Below are positions 1 to 12,224 of a stretch of DNA of 64,000 bases, piece by piece. A program made the position numbers and the translations under genes. Origin of the DNA: Geosiphon pyriformis uo1 (lineage: Eukaryota; Fungi; Glomeromycota); the NCBI GenBank assembly GCA_016748015.1, contig JAAOMT010000029.1, forward strand, positions 481,140 through 545,139. Reading direction: 5' to 3'. Position 1 is the first letter of the stretch. Each line of letters begins with the position of its first letter. A model generated the notes under the pieces. The model was not told where the DNA came from, made no database searches, and saw only the letters and a list, made by a program, of their open reading frames with translations.

Positions 1-785
1 ATGGCTGCTGGCTTTTGGACATATTTTATGAAGACATTGCATCATTGGCTTCTTGTTGCTGTGCATAAGTGGCTTTATAATAAATGTTACCCTAGTGTAA
101 TATGTCTGTTCTGTGATAATGTCAAAATATTAAACCACGCATTTTTTTGTTCATTTGATGCTGCTGATCATGCTCAGTTGTTGGACATTTATGCATCTGC
201 TTGGGAAGTATGCTCTGGTTTGACTCACTTTTCCTTGGGTATCTTATAGCTGTTGTTTATTTGTGTCTCTGACATTTTGGTTAATACTGCACTATGTAAG
301 GATTTTGTTTTCAGAGATTGGTTTTATGAATCTGTTTCCATTTTTAAAGACTCCAAGATAGTGGGTCAAAATATTATAGCCTTTGTGTATGAGTTTAGTT
401 TTGTATTTTGGAAGAACATTTGGTTGGTTTATGCCAAACACCATGTGTTTATGGAGAAGAATAGGCTTATTCCATGTAATGGGTCTGTTCCTCTTTCAAT
501 TTTTGGGCTTCTTTTGGTGTTTTCTGCTGGTATTGTTGAGTTATTGGGCATTGCCGAGACAATTGGTGTCAGTTTTGGGTTTCGTAAGCCCTGCTTATTT
601 TTTTTAGGTATAGGTAACATGGTTTCTGTTCATATAAATGCTTAGTGTTATCCTAATTGGCCCAAGTGGCTGGTCACATATAGAAAGTGCATGATTCACA
701 CCTAGTTTAAATTATTTACATGATATATAGTGCTAGCCAGTGTTTGGATTTCACTTGTTAATATTAATAAATAAATAAATAAAAA
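1..785 (+). mobile_element. Degenerate LINE 3' end (CCHC region of ORF2, 3' UTR, (TAAA)n tail)
   Basis: ORFs 1..249 and 253..645 match the C-terminus of the younger LINE at 3288-3900 (KWLYNKCYPSVICLFC..NHAFFC vs KRLYDKCYPSVLCLFY..DHVFTC). The 3' UTR resembles the reverse complement of 3160-3285. Ends in AATAAATAAATAAAT. Confidence 0.85.
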
Positions 786-3139
786 CTTAATTGTTGTCTA
801 ATATATTATATTAAATTAAATAGCATAAATTAGATACAAATTATGTATTTCTATATATAATTAACTATTTAAGTTAATTAAACAACATTATAAATTTATT
901 TTAATAAAAACATTATGATTAATATTAAAAAAAAATACACATTGTTACAGATAATTACTTGGGGTCTTAAATCAAATAACAAATCCATAATTTGGTGCTT
1001 AATAGCTGAAATAGTTGGTAATATCTAAAGATTTTTGTATCTGAAGGTTTTAGTTGAGTTCTTTGTATAATAAATAGAGAGTCAATATTGATATTTTAGT
1101 GTGATGTTTCTAGTTTCTTCAACTCTTAAGTTGGTATGCTTTGTTGTCTATTGCTTTTCAGAATTGCAATTCCATCAATTTTTTCTTGGCATGATAGCTG
1201 GCAATTTTTTGGTAAGCTATTCTTAAATTTGAGTGTCTACTCTTATTTCTGGGTCTTTTACCAATGTTTTATCTTAATATTAGTCCATACATTAATTCTT
1301 TTAATCAATTAATAAATAACAAAAAAAAAGAAAAAAAAAAAAGAAAATAAAGAAATAAGCCAAGACAAAAAAGAATTAGTATTCCGTTAATAGCTGTAAT
1401 CAAGAGCTATTGTTCCAGTGTAATTAAGTATTGAATACTATTAATATAAAGAGTTGATAGTGTAAAGAGTAATTTGAATAGTAAATAATTATTTATCAAT
1501 ATTGATGATTTTAGCTAATATGTTTTAATTAAGAAATTTTGGTATTAATTCTAGCTGGAGATTCTATTTTTTCTGCTTCTAATATTCTTATTATATATAC
1601 ATAATTTGGGTTCTATGAAATCACTCATATTTTCGAGTAATGTGTTATAATTTTTCAAACAATGTGCTCATGTGTTTAGCTACTATTCTCTTATTGGTCT
1701 ATGTGTTTTTCCTACTATTTTTTTTTGTATGCTTTTTTTATAAGTAACAACATAATTTACATATATTAAAACAAATATTAAATATCTTAATAATATCAAG
1801 CAATTTTACTATATTATTAAAAAATAAAAAAAACTATAAACAATAAAAAGCATAAAATTATTACAAAAATTAAACTATTCTTTTAAAATTAATTTAAATT
1901 TTTTTTAATAAACTACTTCTAATCTATACACAAAATTAACTAATTTTTTAACAATTAATCTAATATTTTTATAAATTAACATAATTTTATAAAAACTATT
2001 TTTTAAAAACAAAATCTTTATATATAGTAATATATAGTATTTTATTAAATATACAGAAAAAAAGTAATTATAAAACACAAAATAATAATAAGTTTAAATT
2101 TAACATAAATTTTTACTTGACAGCAAATAATGTTAATAATTTTTTATAAACATTAAAATCTATTATATAAGAAAAAAAGTGGTTAAAAATTTTGATTTTT
2201 TTATTATACAAATATTTATTAATTATAATAAGTAGATAATAATATAAAAATTTTATGTAATAAAAGCATAAATTTGCTATGAATTTATTTATATACTTAA
2301 CAGCCATATAAAAATTAAGATATTAAATTAAAAATAATTAAATTTAATATTATACAGATCTAAAATATAAAAAATACTTTGAAAATAAATAATATATTAA
2401 AAATTTAATAATTTTTATTAACAAAAGTATTAACAATAAATTTAATATTAATAATATTAAAAAAACAACTAAAATTTTTAGTAATAAAATTTTTTAACAA
2501 TATAATTAACAACATAAAAATAGTTTGTAATTTAATTAAAAATTGTTTAAAATAAAAATTTGAAAAATAAATTAATTAATAAATAAAACTATAAAAATAA
2601 TATTTTTAAAAATACTATAAATAAATATTGTTTGCAAATAATAAAATTGTTTTTATTGGTTTTTAATGTTTTTTTTTATTAATTTACTATAAAACAATTA
2701 TAAAAAATTATTAAGTTTAAATATTTTATATTGTAAATTAATAAAAACATCAAATAAAAAAAATATGTTTTAATATTAACAAAAATTTATTTTAATATTA
2801 TAACTTAAATATATTTAAAATTAATTTTAAAATAGTAAAAACCAACTTAAAAAAATTCAAACACAATATAATTATATTATTATATTATTATATTTGTTTT
2901 TTAAATATTTATTGTTTTTTTAAAAATTATTAAAACTTTAATTGCATTTAGTTAATATTAATATTTGTATTAAATAATAATAATAACTTAATATGTTTTT
3001 TTAGTATTTATTATTTTATTTTAAAGTTTAATTTTTCTATAATATTTTTACTTTGTTTAAAATATTATTAAAGTTTTTTTAAAATTGTAAATAATAAATA
3101 TAAATATTTAATATATACAAAAAAATATTAACAGATAAA
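786..3139 (-). mobile_element. Fossil, heavily AT-eroded LINE (interrupted by the solo LTR 943-1749; probably continues after 9583)
   Basis: 826-880 is an eroded reverse complement of the LINE 3' UTR at 655-710. AAGAAAAAAAGTGGTTAAAAATTTT (~2169) aligns with AAGTAAAAACGTGGTCAGAGAACTCT (~3782). ACAGCCATATAAAAATTAAGATATT (~2300) aligns with ACAAGCATATGAGAATCAGGATGCC (~3946). 2730-2765 aligns with the GAFVDD-coding region at 5655-5690. Confidence 0.65.
943..1749 (-). mobile_element. Solo LTR of the dUTPase Ty3/gypsy family (variant lacking the U3 tandem repeat)
   Basis: TGTTAC...GTAACA termini, 4-bp TSD ACAT (939-942 and 1750-1753), and clear similarity to the LTRs at 20892, 34040 and 53432. Confidence 0.9.
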
Positions 3140-3287
3140 TTTTAATACTAATTTATTTTATTTAACGCATTTAACGAGTGTAGCCCAATCGCTATCTAGT
3201 ACATAGAACCAAACTAAGAGGCTCAAACTAAACGTGACTCATGCACTTTCTACATGTGGCTAGCCATTCAGGCCAGACAAGGCAATA

Positions 3288-6200
3288 CTACACATCTATA
3301 ACTACCCACACACTGCCACCCAGGCCAGAAAAGAAACAAAAAGGCTTCCGATGACCAAAGCTAACAGCAAAGGAATTGGCCAAACCAAGCAATCTTACAA
3401 CACTGTCAGACAAAACCGAAGACACACCACAAGGGAGCCCAGAAACAACACCAACATCACAGACCAGACCAGCCTTCTCCATCACCACCCGGTGGCTGGC
3501 TCTAGCCAACCATACCTTAGCATGATGTAGACCAACAACAAACCTGACATAATCAACAATCCTAGCAGTGGCCACCTTTCTATCCTCAAAAACATCGCAA
3601 GCCTTCTTATACCACTCCTCCAGCACAAACTCTTTGCACACCAAAGTGTACAGCCCAACATCAATAGAACATTGAGACAAAACCCGCAACACAGCAGAAG
3701 CAGAGAAACCACCAGCCAAAGCTGACTAACGAGCAGAAGCCTCTGCCAAAATCTCACCACAAATGCCAAACTCATGAACACAAGTAAAAACGTGGTCAGA
3801 GAACTCTACCTCACCGTAAAACAAACACAACACACTAGGGTAGCATTTATCATACAACCTCTTCCTAATGGCCACCGGCAACCTCCTGTGCACAGCCTTC
3901 ATAACATAAGTGTGAAGCGATGAGGATGTGCGGCTAGTAAACCCAACAAGCATATGAGAATCAGGATGCCACACCTTTGCCATAACAATCCAGTCTATGC
4001 AACCAATCATCGCATCCGGAACTACATCACAACCAGGCCCAGCTTCCCAACGAGCACAACGAATTGATCGAAAAATATTTCTAACAAAATGACGGGCATT
4101 ACCAGAAACAGCAACACCCTCAGCAACCAAAAAATGTTCACGCACATCGGCATAAAGGGAAAAGGGAAACCCAGAGGCAGCCCCAGCAGCCAAGTCAGCT
4201 CTCACATTACCAGGAATCCCAGAGTGTCCTTTCACCTTAACCCAACTCACACTAAGATCCTTATCCCTGACCAAATTGAAAATATGACGTCTTTCCAGCC
4301 AGCATGGATTACAGAAATCAGGAGCAACCAAAGACATCTCAGACACACATGCGTCAATGGCAGCCTGGCTGTCAAGACGCAACACCACGGTACTTGAAGA
4401 AGGAACACACTCCAAAGCCAAAGTGACAGCCTGTAACTCGGCCATAGTAGATGACAAAAGACCACGAACAGCGACACCAATACTCATATCCAAGACTGGA
4501 AAGTACGCAGCAGCACTACAGACGACCTCAGCAGAGCCTGCATTCCTCAAAGACCCATCCATAAAAACTTCAAAAGAGCCTGACCAAATGTCATGCAATC
4601 CATCTTTAACTGCAGAAAACTCCCCAGACCTCAAAATGTCCAAACCAAGCTTTTCTGCTGAGCCAACAGAACCAGAAAATGAGTAACCCTGACCTTTCAA
4701 AAACTCAGAAGAAACCATGAACCAGTAAGGCACAGGGCCACGCGGATCCAACCTCTTCCAATGACGAAAAGTTTTTCAATCCAACAAAACACCTTTCTTA
4801 TCAAAAAGCCGATCACCAAAAACGACACCAAAACGTTTAAGAGATTTGACCGAATCAAAATACAGAGACTTTCCAAGAGCAGAGGACAATGGGAACTGAC
4901 CAGGACTATGAAATGCAGTGGGGAGGTTGTTCACCAAAGTAAGCTCATTGCCCAGAAAGATTTTCACCATCCCAGCCAAAAAATTGTTCACCGGACTAAC
5001 ATGCAACCTGACCGGAAACTGCAAAGAATCCAAAGGAGCCCAACCAAGAACCTGTAGGTCTAAAAACCTATGTCTAAACAAATGCCCAAGAATGCCAAAA
5101 GCATTAGAGAATGCCATCAAAGCAGCAACCTTCCCTTCAGACTGCACCTGCTCAAAAAACTTTAGGCCATACAATGAGGGATGATGCAAAGCAGTGTCAG
5201 GAAAATCACGGGGGAGACAGACCTTGGATCTAAGACCCTTTCTAACCAAGACATCTCACTTGCGACAAACATTAGATGAGACAAAACTGAACTAAGTACA
5301 ATAGCTAACAATAGGCTGCAAAACAGCCGACACCAGATATGAGAATTGTTTGTCTGTAATAGCCTTCTTAAGCACAACATTGACGAAGAAACGTACATCC
5401 GTATGAGCCTTGGCAACACTTGGCTTGGAGAGCCCCTCAGTCGACAGAAAAATACCCAGATACCGATGTGCTTCCCCTTTCTTGGCAATAGAGATTGGCT
5501 GACCACAAATATTCAGTGAAGCAACTTTAATGCCCTGATTGATGGGAATAGCCACCGTCTTCTCACTATTGATAGAAATGTCATTGATCACAAAAAATTT
5601 ACTGGCAATGTTCAGAGCATATTGAGTAGAAGCCTGACAATTTCCAACCCAGATTGTATCATCAACAAACGCACCAGCCGAAAAATACGATGTTAAACCA
5701 CTACTGCCCTCAATTCTGCCAGATTTCGAGACAAACTTAGTATCAATCTGGTACTCACACAATTGTTCGTGCCTTTTAACCTCACACAAAAGCGGATCGT
5801 AAAAAATCTTCCAAAGAAGTGGCAAAAAGACCTCACCCTGGTCCAGCCTATCATGCACCTTATAACCACCAGACAAACCAAAATCAGTCATTACCCTATT
5901 AACCTTATCCTCATGAATATCACCAAAAAACCTTATGAACCTCTCACACATCTTGACACGCTGCAAACTAGCTCTTAAATGATGCCACCCAACTGAATCA
6001 TAAGCTTTCCGCATATCTTGCAAGACCAACCATAACTCCCTATTCTTCTCAATAACATCCTCAATTACTGAACTGACAGCAAACACTGGAGATTGTGTTG
6101 ACGTACCCTTCAGCACCGAAAAGTTGTCCCCCTGAAGAACATTGAACTTGCTACAAGCCATTAAAATACGGTCAGACAGAATCTTGGAAAGAATCTTCCT

Positions 6201-6566
6201 GGCAGTCTTAATCAAAGCAATGGGCCGAGTGTTCGTAAGAACTCTATCCCAGTCATAAGGCTTAGGAATCATAGACACCCAAGCCCTCTTCCACCAAACG
6301 GACACCACACCACCTGACAAACATTTATTAAACAGCGCCAACAGGCACCCCAAAACTACCTCACCACCGTGTTTCCATAATTCATTAGGAACACCAGACA
6401 AACCAGCAGCCTTGTCATCAGGAAGACCACCAACAACAGAAAGTAACTCGCCCATACTGATTGCACTCATAACACCTAAAAAAGCATCATTCCGAACATA
6501 GTCCAAAGGTGCGTACTAACGAGCCCAAAGACCAGGAAGCACCGACTGCATGGAGCATTTCCTCAT
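3288..6566 (-). pseudogene. LINE RT - RNase H - C-terminal zinc knuckle coding region, broken by point stops
   Basis: ORFs 5292..6506 (RT), 4776..5249, 3726..4751 (RNase H) and 3288..3719 share one frame and are separated by single stop codons. Confidence 0.9.
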
Positions 6567-9434
6567 TCACCCTTCCATTATTCTATCCACACTGGACTTC
6601 ACCTCTTCAGGCAACAAAACCAGATCATCATCAACTATCAAGTGATCCAACACAACCTTGCGAAAAGGCTTTTCCAATACACTCCTGATCATACTACCCT
6701 TATTCGAACAAAAATTATCCATGTGCTTCTCAATCGCCTTCCTAACTGAAGCTTCCTCAGCCAACTTTGATTCAAACATCTTCGACCTCCTATAATCTCT
6801 ATGAACCAATGACAAATGCCTAACAACAACATCAGATTTAACACCCGAGCCAACCAAATCCTTGAAAGCATAAGCCTTCGCATCATCCAGAGTCGACCAT
6901 TTACTCACAAGACGATCAGTGCCCAGCAAGTCACCAGAGCAAAATTTCTTGACAATCTTGGCCACCAACAATTCCAGACCAAAAAACCTAGAAGAATGTT
7001 TGTTTCTCGAACACTTGAATTCACTAAACCAATGCCTCGAAAATGTCACATCAGCAGAATCCACCACAGCTCCCACCAGAACTGCCCACATAGCATCTAT
7101 ATCACCACGTATTTCGGCACCAAAGAACACCTCACCCAAAGACAAAAGTTTAGCTGACAAAAGATCCTTAAACTTAGCCCATCCAACACAGTCAGCATTC
7201 CTGATTTTGAACTTCCAACGATCCTTATTCGCCTGCTTGCGCAAACTGTTCAATTGTACATCTAGAAGTCCACCCAAACCAACTGAAACCACAACTGCCT
7301 TGTGATCAGTGTCAAAGAAATCCGAAACAGAGACAACTTGATGACCAGCAACAGCAGAAGACAGATTACCACCAACAAAAATGTAATCAATTGTTTTCCC
7401 AACCCCTTTCGAATTGCTCCACGTATAAGAATTAGCCAAATGATGACCAACAAATGAATTGACCAAACCCAAACTCAAACAAAACTTGAAACTAGCACTT
7501 CTACCAGATCCATTCTCATTAAGGTCCCCACCCAAGATAACAAAATTGCTGGAGTTGACTGTCTTTGCAATGAGGGTGTTAACTTCAGAAGCCTGACCAA
7601 ATCTAGCCCCAGAGGAGGCACCAGCATACAACCCCAAAACAGTAACCGAGAGCTTGCCNNNNNNNNNNNNNNNNNNNNNNNNNNNNNNNNNNNNNNNNNN
7701 NNNNNNNNNNNNNNNNNNNNNNNNNNNNNNNNNNNNNNNNNNNNNNNNNNNNNNNNNNNNNNNNNNNNNNNNNNNNNNNNNNNNNNNNNNNNNNNNNNNN
7801 NNNNNNNNNNNNNNNNNNNNNNNNNNNNNNNNNNNNNNNNNNNNNNNNNNNNNNNNNNNNNNNNNNNNNNNNNNNNNNNNNNNNNNNNNNNNNNNNNNNN
7901 NNNNNNNNNNNNNNNNNNNNNNNNNNNNNNNNNNNNNNNNNNNNNNNNNNNNNNNNNNNNNNNNNNNNNNNNNNNNNNNNNNNNNNNNNNNNNNNNNNNN
8001 NNNNNNNNNNNNNNNNNNNNNNNNNNNNNNNNNNNNNNNNNNNNNNNNNNNNNNNNNNNNNNNNNNNNNNNNNNNNNNNNNNNNNNNNNNNNNNNNNNNN
8101 NNNNNNNNNNNNNNNNNNNNNNNNNNNNNNNNNNNNNNNNNNNNNNNNNNNNNNNNNNNNNNNNNNNNNNNNNNNNNNNNNNNNNNNNNNNNNNNNNNNN
8201 NNNNNNNNNNNNNNNNNNNNNNNNNNNNNNNNNNNNNNNNNNNNNNNNNNNNNNNNNNNNNNNNNNNNNNNNNNNNNNNNNNNNNNNNNNNNNNNNNNNN
8301 NNNNNNNNNNNNNNNNNNNNNNNNNNNNNNNNNNNNNNNNNNNNNNNNNNNNNNNNNNNNNNNNNNNNNNNNNNNNNNNNNNNNNNNNNNNNNNNNNNNN
8401 NNNNNNNNNNNNNNNNNNNNNNNNNNNNNNNNNNNNNNNNNNNNNNNNNNNNNNNNNNNNNNNNNNNNNNNNNNNNNNNNNNNNNNNNNNNNNNNNNNNN
8501 NNNNNNNNNNNNNNNNNNCTACCAGGGCCTTTTGCCAAAGACCAATAAGCTGCACTTTGATTGAAACAATCTTGCCAAACCTGGAGAACACCGCCTCAAT
8601 TGCCGATTTGGGAAGATCTACTGGGATTTCCTTGACAATCACCTCCCGATCTGAATGGCTGTTTACTTTTCTTAGATCATCATTTACCAAAATTTTCTCA
8701 CCAATCGCCATTTCCCTAGCCTTATTCAAACTAATTTCAGATGTAAAAGAGGATCTGATGATCCCTGGGAATTTTGAGGGAGTTGAGGCTCCCCCAAATC
8801 CATCAATGCAATAAAAAATTTTTTTAATTGAAACCAACTTATCACCATTAGTTTTGCCAGACACGGCAGATAGCTCAATGTCCAATGCAAACGATTTTGA
8901 CAAATTAAAACTCTGTTTCTTTGGTGCACGTAACCCGACTGGAGGAAGGCGATTGGACCCACAAAATTTAGGACTCGGAAGAGGCAAAGTGTCTTCACCA
9001 TCACTTAGAACGTTAAAAGAGAGAGGTGGCAGCTTACTGTTCAGAACATAGATGCGGGTACACGTCTTCCTTGGCGTGGCATCGTTCATGTTGTCGTCCA
9101 AACCTGCATCCGACTCTGCATAGCTAGTTTCCTCAGCGATGACGTTTTCCAAGTTATCCAAGTCCGAAACGCCACTTACACTGTCCACTTCGCTGTTGAC
9201 CTCGCTAGTCCACGACCGTCCAATGTTAGGTCCATCACCACTTTCATCCATAATGTTTGAGACACCAGCAGACGACTCTACCAAACCGCCAACCACCACA
9301 GGTTTTTTCGGCTTCTTATAGGACGCACCGCGAGATTGAGGACCAACCGAACGCTTATTTTTGACACCAGACCGGGTCCCCAACCCAGCCGAAACGGACC
9401 CAGAACCACCAGCAGCAAAGCCCACCAGTTCCAT
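6567..9434 (-). pseudogene. LINE ORF1 (RRM) and endonuclease coding region, split by an assembly gap
   Basis: VIVKEIPVDLPKSAIEAVFSRFGKIVSIKVQL (RRM-like) lies before the gap and the APE C-terminal motifs lie after it. Confidence 0.8.
7659..8518. other. Assembly gap (860 N)
   Basis: Run of N. Confidence 1.
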
Positions 9435-10178
9435 AGCTACAAAAAGGGGAATGTCTGAAGAAATAACTGGAGAAAGGTGAAGGGAAAAAGGGAAAAGGAA
9501 GGCTATTTCAACGACGATTCAATGCTCTCGTTGTGACCAGGGGATCAACGAAAGAAAGAGTTTTTATTTTTTTAATACTAATGTAATTATTAAATATTAC
9601 AAAATAATAAAAAGCTTAATTTAATAATTATTTAAACAGAAATTTTTATTGTTAAAAAATTGTTAAAATAAATACAATTATTTAGTTTATAATTTAATTA
9701 TTTGTAATTAGATAAAAAAATAATTAATGTTAATTAATATTTCAGAAATAAAGTTTAAATTTATAAAAAAACATTTATTGTTATGATTATAATTCAAAAT
9801 TTTTTTTAAATGTTTGGCATTAATCAGTTATTTTCAAAATGTATAAGATTATTTCATAAAATAGTCTTTTATTATAAGATTATGATATTATAAAAAAATT
9901 ATGTAATAAAAAACTAAAATAGTTATAATATAAATATTAAATAGTGTTATTTACAAAATAACAATTATAATAATGGCCTAAAGAAACATTCAATGAGTTA
10001 GTATCAGGAAAAACGTCATATTAGGATCCTTAATAAATATCAACTTCAGATTAAATAAAAATCGAAAGTAGTGAGATAATCCTTTTTAATGGAACCATTT
10101 AATTTGCCTAATAAAGCATCAAAAAACTTTTCACAATCCAATCTACTTATGACTAATGAAGGAAAAAGTCATTAATTA

Positions 10179-11998
<1,820 letters not shown>

Positions 11999-12224
11999 AG
12001 TGGGAGAAATTAAGAATTCTAGGTTTCGGTGGAATATGAGTTTTGCTGTTCGTTACAAAATTTCCGTTTAAAATTTTTTGGTGCCCCTGTGACAGGTAAG
12101 TGACGTAGATCAGGATAATATTCTGGCTCGAAGCTTCAAATTTCCCTTTAATAATTCGACGGGCTCAATTCAAAGGCTTATTGACTTTAAAAGTTTTTCG
12201 GCTGATTTTGGTTTGATTGTTGAA
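11999..12224. promoter_or_regulatory. Putative bidirectional promoter (226 bp between divergent start codons)
   Basis: ATGs at 11998 (-) and 12225 (+). Contains a CRE-like GTGACGT near 12100. Confidence 0.55.

Larger units (their letters stand above)
3153..9569 (-). mobile_element. Full-length non-LTR retrotransposon (LINE): RRM-type ORF1 region, APE endonuclease, RT, RNase H, CCHC; several nonsense mutations
   Basis: 13-bp TSD TTTTAATACTAAT at 3140-3152 and 9570-9582. APE motifs ILGGDLN, YTW, IDYIFV and TDH. RT motifs TRPIALI, LQDMRKAYDSV, QGEVF.PLLW and FVDD. RNase H motifs DGS, AELQAV, DSQAA and VKGHSG..GN..AD. Short AT-rich 3' tail. Confidence 0.93.

Noticed and set aside
2113-2307. Short AT-rich ORFs (also 18070..18321, 18802..19104) and antisense ORFs over TE coding regions
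   Set aside because: They are eroded TE remnants or shadow frames, with low-complexity I/K/N/F/L composition and no independent gene evidence.
6567-9434. 955-aa ORF implying an ORF1-ORF2 fusion (and the X-filled ORFs 7603..8538 and 7654..8814)
   Set aside because: Frame continuity runs through 860 Ns, so it is an artefact of the gap length and uninformative.
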